Shown here: one piece after another, positions 11,706 to 24,705 of the stretch
Layout of the letters: each line of letters begins with the position of its first letter
Position numbering within the stretch: the first letter of the stretch is position 1
Source: Amoebidium appalachense
Taxonomy: Eukaryota > Protista > Ichthyosporea
Reading direction: 5' to 3'
DNA length: 64,000 nucleotides
Assembly (NCBI GenBank): GCA_963693365.1
Contig: CAVNZM010000011.1
Span: forward strand, 620,001-684,000
Notes under the pieces: generated by a model
Seen by the model: only the letters and a program-made list of their open reading frames with translations
Databases searched by the model: none
What the model was told of the DNA's origin: nothing
Translations under genes and position numbers: made by a program

Positions 11706-14700
11706 TCACACGCTCACCTCCCCCCTGCAGAGGCACTTGCTGTGTTCTTTTCTGCCTATGCGCTCTCTCTGTGTGACGGCCAGCGGCGCAACGACCTTCT
11801 TCAACTTGTGTCTGTGTATAAGGACACCACAGCCCTGCTACCCCTGGCCATGCCCCTGTTCAAGTCCCAGCTTGCTGCTGTAAAACAGGCTGGGCCCGCT
11901 GCAAAGGCTGCACGTGGCAGTGGGTACGGGGTATCAGTCCAGACGTTGGATATTGTCCTGGGCTGGTATCGGCCAGGGGCGGCACCTTCCATTGTGCAGG
12001 GGCCATGCATTGAAAACCTGGTCGAGGCGTTGAGGGGTGGCCCCGTGCAGCTGACGGCACTGAAGCTGGTACGTGTGTGTGTGTGTGCGTGTGTGCGTGT
12101 GTGCGTGCGTGTGGGTGGGTGGGTGGGTGGGTGGGTGTGGGTGGGTGTGGGTGTGTGCATATGGTTGTGGATGTGTACATGTGTCCCCATGCGCACATGC
12201 ATGTGTTTGCGAGTGTGTGCGCGCACATGATGCATGGGCTCGTGTGCGGGCGTGTGCATGCATGATTGTGTGTGTGAGAGAAAGAGAGAGCGGGTGTATC
12301 TACGTATGTGCCCGTGGATGCGCGCATTTGTGGGTGGCGGGCACGTTTCCGAATGTGTGGCATGTGCATGTGTGTGTGTGTGTGGTCACACGATTGTCCC
12401 TTGGTGTGCCTGCCAGACAAGTGTAGTTGTTGAGTTTGTCATCTGGCTCTTGGTGCATTAGTGTGTGGACGCACTAGTATAAGTTTCTACCCGTACTGAG
12501 CAACCCCCTCCAGGTCACACCGCATCTGTTCAGCGAGGTGGGCAAGAAGGCCCAGAAGACCCTCATTGCTGCCCTGTGTGATGTCCTGGGTACCCCACGA
12601 AACTCCCAGGTAGGCCCATACACCCCTTATGTGCACAGACTGGCCCTGCTGCAATATGCACTAGGCAGGGCTGTGTTGGGAGACAGAGTTATAGATTTGT
12701 AAGAGGAAGGGGTAAGGAGAGGGTTGTGAGGGGGAAAGGGGGGTGGAGGTGGGGACATGGTAGGTTGGCTCCATGCATGCAGATGTGCACGACGGCCCTC
12801 CCTGTGTCTCCGTTTGAGATCATATGCGCATGTGTACTTGTCAGTATTTGTACGCATGTTGCCATGTGTGTGTGGTGCTGACTGTGTGGCCGTGCAGGGG
12901 GTGGTGCAGGCAGTCAAGGGGGTGCTGAGGAGTCTGAACCTGACGGCCAGCCACGTGAGGGCGGAGATCGACCGCACAGGATTCCTGCCCCAGAGCGCAG
13001 AGGCACAGGGGTAGGTGCACACACACGGGCACGTGAAATACACAGATGCGGCCACATGCACATGCACACGTGCTAGCATGCATATGCACACGTGCTAGCA
13101 TGCATATGCACACGTGCTAGCATGCATATGCACGTGCTAGCATGCATATGCACGTGCTAGACACGTGTTCATGCACGTACTCTGTCGCATTTACATGCAC
13201 ATGCATACGTTAAGCATGCACTGACACACCTTATAAGTACACGTCATGTTTGGGGAGTTTACCCTTGTATGAGGCTGACAAGCACGGTGTACTGTCCACC
13301 AAAATGGACACATGGGCACGCAGCAGAACACCACCACAGAGAAGATACGAGGATACTGCCCCTAGTGTGAGTTCCTGCAATGCACCAGGTGTGTGCTCGT
13401 GACTCTGACATTTATTGGCTGCAGGGGTGCTGGGGGCAAGCGGCAGCGTGTGGATAGTGTGAGCAGCGACCTTGGGGACACAGACCCGCGTGTGCGTGAG
13501 GGCTATGCCGTGGCCATCAGGAAGCTGGCTGTGGTCCTGGAGCTGCTGCAGGTCGGTGCTGGCCCCTTGAAGAAACACTGCACACCTACCTAACCGTACC
13601 ACACACACGCAAATGCACACACCCATATAATGACCGTTCACCTGCCTTAACAGATGGCTTGGTAGACTTGACCATGCAATGGCTCCCCGTTTCTCCTCTT
13701 TTTCTCCTCCTTCTCCTGTCGTGCTACCCAATCCCAACTGCCATGCATCGCCATTTTTGGTACTGACCGTATGTATGGGTGCACACAGTACAAGAAGAAC
13801 ATTGGGGAGGAGCACAAGCTAGTGGAGCCGCTGTTTGAGTGCCTGGGCGCATGTGTGGACCTTGCTGATGCCCAGGACCAGGCCACCCTCGAATACATCA
13901 AGCAGCTGATCCTGCTGGGTACGTGACATCCTCGAACTTGTAACTGTCAAGCATACCATTGTGTAGGGCGTGCAGTGCACTTGTTTGTATGCACATGTAA
14001 GGGGGACCCCAAAAACATAAGTGGTTACTGTTTTTTATTATTTGCATCTGTTGAGAAATAAGACGGTTAACACCCTTTTCCCGTTTTCCCCCCAGCCATG
14101 GCCGAGATTGTGGGCCGCATGCCCCGGGGGGGATCCAAGGGCACGGCAACCAGTTTGGAGGCAGGGCTCAACATGGAGCTGGTGGTGCAGTGCATGCGGG
14201 TGACCGATAACCCCCAGACCCACCACCACGCACTGATTCTGCTGGCTGCTGTGGCCCAGCACTACCCAGAGTAGGCACCCCCTCTATGTGTGTGTGCATG
14301 CGCCCTCATGTGTGGGCCTGTTTGTGTGCCTGTGTATGTGTCCGCACACGTGTGTCTGTGTGTGCAAAGCATGCTCGCTCCCCGGTAACGTGTGCTAATG
14401 GGTCAGCCCACACAGGCGGGTGCTGCACAACATCATGTCGGTGTTCACCTTCATGGGCACAAACGTCATGCGCCAGGTGGGCATCCCCCCCCCCCCCCCC
14501 CCCCCCCCCCCCCATCTCTTCCCCTTCTTCCCTTCTCTCCTTTCCCGGTGGGCCCTTCTCCCCCTCCCGGGTGGTCCCTCCCAGCATTACACTTACACTT
14601 CGGTCCCATCGTGTGTGTGCCTCATGGTGTGGTATGTTCCTCGGGGCCTGCCGGGGGGGGGGGGGGGGGGGGGGGGGGAGCAGTACAGAGGAATGCATGT

Positions 14701-15585
14701 TGTTGTTGCTGAATTCACGCAACACAGACTATGTGGGCCATGTTCTTGAGCGCATTGGCCCATGCACTCCATGCCAGTCACATATGCACCCCACACCCTG
14801 TGTTTGTGCCAGACTAACAGGGGCACACACAGGACGACAACTACACGTTCCACGTCATCAAGCAGAGCATCGAGACCATCATCCCCCCCCTCCTTCACAC
14901 CCACGGCCGCCCAGACAGCCCCGACACTATCAACACGGTGCTGGAGGTCATCAAGGTAGGAAAATAGGTGGTGGTGTGTTTGGGGGGGGGAGGGGGTGGG
15001 GGGGAACGGAGTATGTACATGATGGGTGCTTTGCTGGGTGACTGGAAAGGGTAAGCAGTGTGTCGTGTTTTGCCTGGTCCTGTGGGCACATGCACGTGGC
15101 ACTCTGTTTGCGGTGGCACGTCAGGTCCTTCCTTAACCTGTTTCTCTGTGTTAGCTCTAGTGTGCATGTGGAATGGATCCCCCCCTCCTCCAACCCCCCA
15201 ACCCACACATACACCATGCTCACCACGGGTATCTCTGCAGACGTTTGTGGGTGCATTCCAGCACATTCCACAGCACCGTCGGCAGCCGCTGTACTCGCAT
15301 CTTGTGACGGTGCTGGGCCCTGGGCCCTACCTGGGCCCCTGTGTCATGCTGCTGCTGGCTAGACTGGCCAGGCACAAGGCAGAGGACACGGAGCAGTCCA
15401 CACAGATAGACGGTGCGTGTGTGTCTGCATCGAGTAGAGAAGAGGGGGGGGAGAGGGGGAGGAGGAGGGGGCGAGGGGGAGGGGGGAGGGGGGGGGGTCC
15501 CTTGTGTGGGTAAGTGCATGCACGAAACCCGGAAGATTCATGGTTGTGTACGTGGTTTCCTTTCTTTCTTCTTCTTCTTCTTTTT

Positions 15586-15617
<32 letters not shown>

Positions 15618-17425
15618 TGCACCTTGATGGGTTTGGGCTTTGAAGTGTCCACCCAGTGCCCACATGGGCCGTTTGTGGCAGCAAGGATGCAATGCAACCA
15701 CAGTGTGTGGCGTGCGTCTAACCCCACCATGGCCCATACAGAGGATGTGGAGGGCACGACCATGCCACTGGCCGAGTTCTGCCTGACTTTGAGTCAATCG
15801 TTTGCCGTCGAGGACCAGCTGTCGGCCCTGATTGCCACCGCTACCACCGTGGCTGAGCTGCCAAACACAAAGCCAAGTAAAGCAACCCCTCCCCCCCCCC
15901 CCCCCCCCCCCCCCCAACAATCCCCCCACAATCCGAACACACGAACATACTCGCATGGAAAGGTTGATTGGGGGAAGAGGGACAGGCGACAAAGGAGATG
16001 TTTTCATGGGTTACAGTCATGGGCTCTGATGGGTGGGCATGCAGATGCCTCAGAGACTTGGGCCCCTGTGGCAAACAGACCCAAGTGGTCGGCCCATGAT
16101 TGCAGTGTGGTCTACAGCACACAGTAGCTGCAATGCTAAGCCCATAGCGCCCTTCTGGCTGCCAGCCTTGTGTTGTTCCGATACTCCCCCAAACACCTGG
16201 TTTTTTATGGTTTTTTTTTTTTTTTGTCTCTAACCAACCCCCTCTCCCCCACTCCCCCCCCCCCCCCCCCCCCCCCCCCCCAAAGGTGCCAAGGAGGAGA
16301 AGCACCTATCACTATCGCCCATCACCAGGGGAGTGTTTGATCTGCGGGGGCAGGGAGACAAGGCGCTGCGGCGGTTCAAGCAGGCCTGCCTGGACTTTGT
16401 GGGGGCGGCGCTGTGTGCCCGGCCATTTGTGGTGGCCGCACACAAGAGGGAGAGGGACCAGCACGGCCCACAGCTGCTGCAGGTGCGTGCAGGGTGGGCA
16501 TGACTGCCTGCAATGGGTTGGTCTCTGGCTGGCGCGGCCATCTCTCTTATGTATTATGGTGAAAGGAAAGGGTCTTTTGAGAAACAAGGAAAGGGTCTTT
16601 CGTTTCTCAAAGTATTGAGGTTCAGCAAATCGAATCATGTGATTCGTTGTTTCTAAAGTTAGCCCATTGTTTAGTGATTGCAGATCTTTGATTGGTTAAT
16701 GGTGTCTTTAGTTGCGTTAAAATTGAGAAATTGATAAGGAGGTTTTGAGGATTGATTGCGGTTCTGATAAGAAATTAAATTTGAACCAATCACATATCCG
16801 AAATTATCGTTTAAACTCTCTAACAGTAAAAAGGCACCAATTACACGATTCCGTTTGCGAACCCAAAAAGCCTTTCAGGAACGGAAAGACCCACAGGCGG
16901 ACCAAGGATCTGTAGCTGCTGGTCCTGGCTATCTGATTGGTTGCTGCTATGGGTCCTGGCTGTCCGATTGGTTGCTGCTATGAGTCCTGGGCTGCTATGA
17001 GTCCTGTCTATCTAATTTGTTGCTGCTATGGGTCCTGGCTACCTGACTGGTTGCTGCTATGGGTTTTGGCTACCTGATTGGTTGCTGCTATGTGTCCTGT
17101 CTATCTGATTGGTTGCTGCTATGGGCCATGGCCACCTGATTGGTTGCTGATATTTATTCTTTCTACCCGAATGGTTGCTCACACCTACCCTCCCAGGAGC
17201 AGTACCGGCGGCTGCTTGAGCATCTGCTTGCGGTGGTGCGGTCTGTGGCCACGCACATGGCCAGACTGGCCACAGACACAAAGCAGCCCTCAGTACGTAT
17301 CCCAGCCCCTCACCTGCATGTGTGCACCGCTTGGTTTGGGCTAGGTCTGGATGCAACTTGTTGTGGCTGTTGTTTGGTCTCGTCCTGCGAGATAGTTGTA
17401 TATTCCCCCCCCACCCGTCCCCCCA

Positions 17426-17457
<32 letters not shown>

Positions 17458-17939
17458 AGACACAGTTTTCTTGGAGAGGGTACACTCTTTTTATCTCTCC
17501 CCCCCCCCCCCCCCCCCCCCCCCCCTCCCCCCCCCCCTCCCCCCCCCCCCCTCCCCCCCTCCCCCCCCCCCCCCCCCCCCCCGGGTATTCATGTGTGTGC
17601 AGTTTGATGTGCTATTTTCTTTTATAGTGCTGTTACCATTTATGATGATTTGAAGTGCTTCTACCCATGTAGTGGGACACAATTCTTGCTGGTGGCCGTG
17701 GGCTGTAAACTGACATCGCGTGCAGGGGCGGGGGCAGGGCAGTGTATGGCGCAGCATGCAGGAGAGTGCCTATGCAGCCATCGACCACCTCAACAGTCTG
17801 CTGCCCCTCGATGCATTTGTGGGTGTCATCGGCCAGCTGGTGCGCCACACAGACAGGTGCGTGGGTGGGTGGGTGGTGGTGGTCGTGGTGGTGGTCGTGG
17901 TCGTGGTCGTGGTTGGAAGGGGAGGGAGGAGGGGGCTGG

Positions 17940-17985
<46 letters not shown>

Positions 17986-18003
17986 GGGGGGGGGGGGGGG
18001 GGG

Positions 18004-18045
<42 letters not shown>

Positions 18046-18138
18046 GGGGGGGTAGATGGGTGGCGCCTGCGGCAGAGATGTGGTGGGTGCATGTGGGTAT
18101 GATGGCGGCATTGGGTGGCTGCACAATGTATGTATGAT

Positions 18139-18170
<32 letters not shown>

Positions 18171-19184
18171 ATGGTGTTTTCAGGTGGCTACGTGTGTTTG
18201 CATGGTAGGGCCCAGGGCTGGGCACGACTAACAACATGGTGTTGCAGTGGCATCCGGCACAAGGCTTTGGTGCTGTTCAACAGCAAGCTGGAGGAACAGA
18301 GGGAGTCCCTGTCCCCGGCAGAGGTGGCCCTGTTTGTCAGGATGGCTGCAAGCCTGGTCGACATCATTGCCCAGCCAGACACGTACGTGGCCCTATACAT
18401 GGGGAGTAGACGGTGCATGCGCAAACTATTTTTTGTGTGTGCCGGGTGCACCGGGGGGAAGGGGGGGGGGGGGGGAGGGGGGGGGGGGGCTTGGCGCGTA
18501 GCATGTGGAAGCAAGTGTGTGGCATAGTAAGTCAACCCTTTAGTTTCTCCTGTTGCCACCGCATGATAATAAGTTTGCACGCGTACTCATTTGAAGTAGT
18601 GCCCACACTCATATCTCGACCACCACAGAGACGACCAATCAGCAGTGGCCAAGCAGACAGCACTTCTAAATTTGGAAATTCTGGCACGCAACTTTGGTGG
18701 GGCGCACCCCAAGCCCTTCACACGTGCCGTGGCCTCTGTTGTAGATGCGTCGGTGCTGGGCCCCTCAACCAACCCTCATGTGCGGGCCAGTGGGCTGGTG
18801 TGCCTGGCCACCCTTGTGGGGTCATTGGGCCCCCGCATGGTGCCCAACCTGCCCAAATTCATGGGCCCACTCATTCAGATGGTGCAGGATGGCCTCGATG
18901 CAAATGGTATTTTACCCCCCCCTCCCCCCTTGTGTGCTTGAGATGATGCTTTGCCTGAGTCTCCCTTTTGATGCTGCCATGCCATAACACCAGGGAATGT
19001 CAGGCTAGTGTGTTTGAGGCATGTTTAGAACTGGTGTCCTTTCTCCTATTTGGGCCCCTATTGTTTCTCTCGTCTTTATCTGTCTCTGTAGTTTCATGTG
19101 TACCAGGTACTAACTATGTTTTCCTATACTCTCCCTTTCCCAGTGTCAATCACACACATGCACACATGTGACATGCGAGCATAT

Positions 19185-19225
<41 letters not shown>

Positions 19226-20533
19226 CTTCACGACCACCAGTGTTCTGCACCTGCACAGTGCCCTGACGGCCCTTTTGGCCTGCTGCGAGCACCTGCCCCA
19301 GTTCCTTGCGCCCTACCTGCCATCCCTCATCCACGTCGCCACACATCCAATGTTCACAGACCCCCGCCAAGTGCCAAAGGGTAAACCCCCCCCCCCCCCC
19401 TCGCACCCCCCACACCAAAACAAAAACAAAAGAAAAACAAATAATGCACTGATAGAGCAAGAATTCAAGGTATTTGGGCGTAGGAGGAAGTCAAGATAGT
19501 GCCTACCGGGTTTGGGTGCAATATCGAACAGTGGGCAGGGGTGTTTCGTCTACTGAAGATCTACAAAAGAATCCCCCCCCCCCCCCCCCCCCCCCCCTCT
19601 TGCCCCTTCCGCCCTTTTCTCCCCGGTGGCCCACTCATGCACAAGCGAGGCAGCAAATGGGTTTGCGCTTGCAAGATGAAAAGTTGAAACTTGCACACTG
19701 TGGATGACTTTCCTATTCATGAGAAAGGCTTTACATAAATTGCATATTCTGTGGCTGTGGAAAATATGTCTTGTGTTGTCCGTCATGGATGTGTGCTTGT
19801 GCTAATTAACGTCCTCTACCCCCCCTTCACCCACCCACCCACCCTTCTGCCCACTGACCACATGCACTGCAGAGGCCACTGCGCCCGGGCGTAAGGCCCA
19901 GCTTGCCGGCATGGCCACCAAGGCAGAGTCGATCCGGGCTGCCCTGTCTACCCGGGTCGCACCCCGGCTGCTGCTGCCTGCCCTGTATGGGGCATGGGCA
20001 CAATGGGCCGGGTCAGGCCCGACCCGGGATGTTAGCGGGCCGCTGGTGGCCGTGCTGGACATGCTTGCTGGGGCCATCGGCACTGCTGATAGGCCCACAG
20101 TCACCACACACCTCAAGGTGGGTGGGCGGGTGAATGGGCCTGTGCATGAGATAGCCCCACATGGATGTGGTAGGCAAGATTGTACGAGATAGTTTGCATG
20201 TGGCTTGTATTAGATGCAGGCCCATATGTGTGCACACATGCAGTGGGTTGGCCCTGCTTATCACGGCACTGTGTGTGGCCACACACTGACACTATACCCC
20301 CCAGGGCATCTACAAGTTCCTGCTGGACTCCTTCGAGTACCGTGGTCTGGCCTGGGCCAAGGACGGTAGGTCCACAACACTGCCCACACACCACAATTAT
20401 GCACATCACAGCCGCAGGCCCATCGTGTATGAAGGCCAAACTGCTCCCTCCCCCCTCCCCCCCCCCCCCCCCCCCCCCATCCTTCTTCCCCCCTTCCTAC
20501 TACCTCTTCCTCACTTTAGACCACCTCTAGTCC

Positions 20534-20565
<32 letters not shown>

Positions 20566-21891
20566 CGCCCACCTCCCTCCCTTTCTCCCTCCCTCTCTCC
20601 CTTTCTCCCTCCCTTTCTCCCTCTCTCTCTCCTTCTCTGACTCTATCCCCCCCCCCTCCCCCCCCCCCCCCCCCCCCCCCCCAACGCCCCCACGCCCCCC
20701 CTCCCCAGCCACCCCCCCCACATGCTGACCTGTGTGGTGCGCAGTGGGGCATGTGGAGGGCCGTGCGGTCAGCACGTTTGTTGCTTTGGTGCTAAAACTC
20801 AGTGAGACCTCCTTCAAGCCACTGTTCCTGAGGCTGGTCGACTGGCATGCCCCAGCTGATGCTGAGCTCTCCCTACCCAGGTATGGAAAGGGGCATGTGT
20901 TTGCCTATATCCGCTATGAGATTGTTGATTCATACAGCCCCCTGTCTTCAAAAAATGGTATTTTTTTTGAGGCATTTACTTTTTGACGTACACACGGAAA
21001 AGGAAGTGTGGGTTTCTGGCTTCTCCCGCGTACGACTGTTTTTCATGCTGCATATGGGGTGATGGCCGGTGGAATCAAGTCTGTGTAGGCCTGGGCTGTG
21101 TGCAGTTACGGTTCATTTGGGCAAGAGAGATAGCAACATCAGCCTTCAGATTTATGAATCCCGCACCAACTCACCCATCCTCCCCCCCCCTCCCCTCCCC
21201 CCCAAAAAGGCAACTCGTGTTCTACCGGCTCCTCGACCAGCTAGCAGGCACACTGCGCAACATCTCTGTGCCCTACTTCAAGTCCGTGGTGCGCCCTCTA
21301 GTGGCCCTCCTAGAGGCCAGCAACCAGGCCCGCATGCTGAGTGGCCGCATGGACAAAGCCAGGGAGCAGGCTGTACCCCAGCTGCTCATATGGGCCCTAG
21401 GTGCACTGCACAAGTGCTTCCTCTACGACACAGACCACGTCGTGACTAGAGTGCGTGACCCCCTCATCCCTCGGTTCGGGGGAAACTGGGTGCACTTAAG
21501 CACATTGCCTGGATCACCTCCATACCTTCATTCCTCGGTTGTGTTACACCTCGTTATGCTCCCCTTCTTGTGCTATAGTACCGTATCTTTCCACCCAAAG
21601 TTAATAACTTCTATCTGGAGCGACACAAATACGTATCAGCACACAGTAACACACCATGTCTTCACAGGAGATCTTTGACGAGGTGATGGCGCCGCTGGTT
21701 GACCAGCTTGAGAACTCTGTGGGTGGGGAGGATGTGTTTGAGGAGCGGGTGGGGTCTGTGCTGGTGCCGTGCATTGCACAGATGGCTGTGGCTGTGAGTG
21801 ACGAGGAGAAGTGGAAGAGGCTCAACCACGCGGTGCTGCTAAAGACGCGCCACGATGAGATGCAGGTGTGTGTGTACGGTTGTCCGTGTGG

Positions 21892-21922
<31 letters not shown>

Positions 21923-22254
21923 AGGATAGCGGAGGAGGATCTGTGATGTGATAGACAGTACACAAGTACGCGCACACACACACACAAAAAGAAAGCAAAC
22001 AGATGGATTGCTCTTGGTCGTGTAGGCCATCGCTGGTCTTTACATGTAGGAAGATATATGGTGGGGGGGCTGGGGCTTCAATATGTTGTTTATCCACACA
22101 ATGACGTGGGAGGCTCACACTGATTGGCTGTTGGTCAGGTGCGTGCTGCTGCGCTACGTGTGGAGAAGGAGATGTACGAGCGGCTGGGAGAGGAGTTCCT
22201 CATATTGCTGCCGGAGACTATTCCATTCCTGGCCGAGAGCATGGAGGGTACGTG

Positions 22255-22313
<59 letters not shown>

Positions 22314-22361
22314 CGTGTGTATGTGTATGGATGTGTGTGTGTCCTGTGTGTGCGTGCATGT

Positions 22362-22420
<59 letters not shown>

Positions 22421-22644
22421 GTATGTGTGTCCTTGCGTGTGTGTTTGTAAGCAATACCCTTGTGTCCGTGGTAGCGCGTTGGTTCCTCTGTGGAGCTTTG
22501 TCCGATTGTCTGCACCTATGCTAGCTGAGTGCTTGGGTACCCGGCACTCTCTCCCCTTTTTGCACCCACATTCAAACACTCACAAAAACAAGCGTCACCC
22601 CTCAAACCCCAGCTGGAAACTGGGGTTGGCATATTTTGGTGTGT

Positions 22645-22684
<40 letters not shown>

Positions 22685-22728
22685 GTGATGGTGGTGGTGG
22701 TGGGTGGGTGTGTGTGTGCGTGTGGGAA

Positions 22729-22761
<33 letters not shown>

Positions 22762-22926
22762 GGCATGTACACACTGCCTGTGCTCTTGACACCCATGGAT
22801 CCCAAGCACATGCACACACTGACTGACTGTTCTGCAGACGATGCGGTGGAGGTTGAGCAGCTGACACAGGAGGTGATAGCCACCATAGAGAAATACCTGG
22901 GTGAGAGTCTGCAGCAGTACTTTTAA
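345..22926 (+). CDS. HEATR1: HEAT repeat-containing protein 1 / U3 snoRNA-associated protein 10 (UTP10, BAP28), about 40 exons
   Basis: N-terminus MSSLADQLKKLA...RPSLLFEGRQAAELDLDTVYELAVNGLAEL, then LSPYFLLKAAQKTVEYLIRRFRVEEFNV across exons 345-511, 1374-1569 and 2106-2244, with phases consistent at GT-AG junctions. Later motifs: LHNIMSVFTFMG, DDNYTFHVI, FVGAFQHIPQHRR, LVLKLSETSFKPLFLRLVDW (BP28CT region), WKRLNHAVLLKTR and LGEEFLILLPETIPFLAESME. C-terminus EKYLGESLQQYF with stop TAA at 22924-22926. Some internal exon boundaries are only approximate. Confidence 0.97.
4694..5261. mobile_element. piggyBac-like MITE (568 bp) in a HEATR1 intron
   Basis: AT-rich insert lacking the usual microsatellites. 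Left end CCTCTTGAGGACCG; right end CGGTTCTCTAGAGG, whose reverse complement CCTCTAGAGAACCG matches 12/14. Flanked by CTAA (4690-4693) and TTAA (5262-5265). No transposase ORF. Confidence 0.65.
13065..13160. repeat. Minisatellite of 20-22 bp units (CA)CACGTGCTAGCATGCATATG, about 4.5 copies
   Basis: Tandem units read directly in a HEATR1 intron. Each unit is a chain of overlapping palindromes. Confidence 0.9.
16593..16892. mobile_element. MITE-like element (300 bp) with about 60-bp imperfect terminal inverted repeats
   Basis: Left end GGGTCTTTCGTTTCTCAAAG...GGTTCAGCAAATCGAATCATGTGATTCGT. Reverse complement of the right end GGGTCTTTCCGTTCCTGAAAG...GGTTCGCAAACGGAATCGTGTAATTGGT. Interior is AT-rich. 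No clear TSD. Confidence 0.7.
16921..17148. repeat. 31-bp minisatellite (GGGTCCTGGCTAYCTGATTGGTTGCTGCTAT), about 7 diverged copies
   Basis: Tandem units read directly, lying between the MITE and the next HEATR1 acceptor. Confidence 0.9.
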
Positions 22927-23083
22927 CGAAATTACCTGATTGGTCAAGGGTTTTAGTCCCACGATAGAGAGGTACCTGGGTGAGAGCCTGCAGCAGTACT
23001 TTTAACGAAATTACCTGATTGGTCAAGGGTTTTAGTCCCACGATAGAGAGGTACCTGGGTGAGAGCCTGCAGCAGTACTTTAA
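22881..23083 (+). repeat. 79-bp tandem repeat (about 2.6 copies) spanning the last codons, stop codon and start of the 3' UTR of HEATR1
   Basis: Units start at 22881, 22960 and 23039 (CAC[C/G]ATAGAGA...GCAGCAGTACTTTTAACGAAATTACCTGATTGGTCAAGGGTTTTAGTCC). Confidence 0.95.
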
Positions 23084-24395
23084 CCGAAAGGCTCGGATTT
23101 TAAGGGTTATAATGGCCGTGCGCGAGCGTGTGGAATGGCAAACCTACGACCTATATCAAGAGCTGTGAGTTGGTCATGTAAGTTGGGTATTATACAGTGG
23201 CACCTTTGTGTACCCTCTATGATATGTTGATTCATATGTTGTGTGGATGGGTACGGTGCACTTTTCTTTTTCATTTTTTTTTTAATCTGCTTCAACACTA
23301 TGCCATCACGTACACTTCCCTTGCCCGTGGCATATATGTGCCTGGGGTGTCATGATGTGACGGCACCTAGACCACAAACAGCAATGGAAAATTTAATAAT
23401 GTGTAAGATCCTTTTTTGTCATATGAACCCGGCTGGACCGGCTTTAGGCATATGCATCTGTATCACCACTGAGCACAGGTATTCATGAAGCATGACCATG
23501 GATTGACGTAAACGCGTACTGGCCGGGCTATCATACATGCATAGACCAACCCAGTATCCCCTCCCCTCCCCCAACCCACCCTCCCACCCTAGCTCTCTTG
23601 CTCCTTGTAGTACGTAGCCAAAGAACCGAACAACCCCAAACTACAATAACACTACCATCAAAACCACCCACACAACATATGCACGATGCGTTACAAATCT
23701 TTTGGTGCTGCATGCACATGTCACGTAGCCGTGTACACGTGTATGCACATGTGTGTGGTGAGGTGTGGCACGGTGCTTGCACACACCGACATCGTCTGCT
23801 CAGTGTGACGTGTACAGCCTTTTTTGTTTGCCCGTACGTTCTAGAAGATCACCGATATACGTAATGTTCTATGTTACGTGCTTGATCATGAATTATGGTT
23901 GTCTGTATTGTCGCGCTGTGTGTGTTTGTGCAGACCTACAAAACAATATATCCATAATATGCATGCGCCTGTGCACGGAGATGCGAGACTGCCTGTGTGT
24001 GCGTCATGGCTGTTTGCGCGCCTGCGCTTTATGATACGTGGCACGTGTAAGGTGGATCGATTGTGCATTATAAAATCATGATGTCCTTTTTTGTTAATTG
24101 TCCTATGCGGCACGTGTGCATGTGTACACGTGTGTACCGGGGCCGGCGGGGGGGGGGGGGGGGGGGGGGGGGGGAGGGGGGACTAATAGGATTGCTTAAG
24201 ATAATCACGACGGTAAGTGCAATCATTATGGCCAGGCCAGGGACAGATCTGAAAGTTACAGTACCAGCCGTATAGACTTTTCACGGTCATGTTATAATCC
24301 AAAATATGTCCCTGCCCAGCAGAGCATGGCAAAAGTGTGGTAGGTCTTACATCATCACATACATGCCTGACGGTGCCTGCATGAGCACACCTGTG

Positions 24396-24515
<120 letters not shown>

Positions 24516-24705
24516 TCTTGACAATGTGCATGTATGTGAGTGCTTGTAGGTGTGCGTGCGTGTGATCCGTTCTGTGTGACTTTCTCTTGTGTTCAATAAG
24601 AACACCACGGTTTTTATGAATCCCTGGCTTAGCCCTATGCCAACCTCAGCCACACTGCCCCCACATGCACCCCCGCATGTACATGGACATGCACGTGCCT
24701 AAGGA

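Noticed and set aside
22881-23083. CRISPR-like repeat-spacer appearance
   Set aside because: The spacers are identical, the repeat is HEATR1 coding sequence, and the context is eukaryotic with no cas genes.
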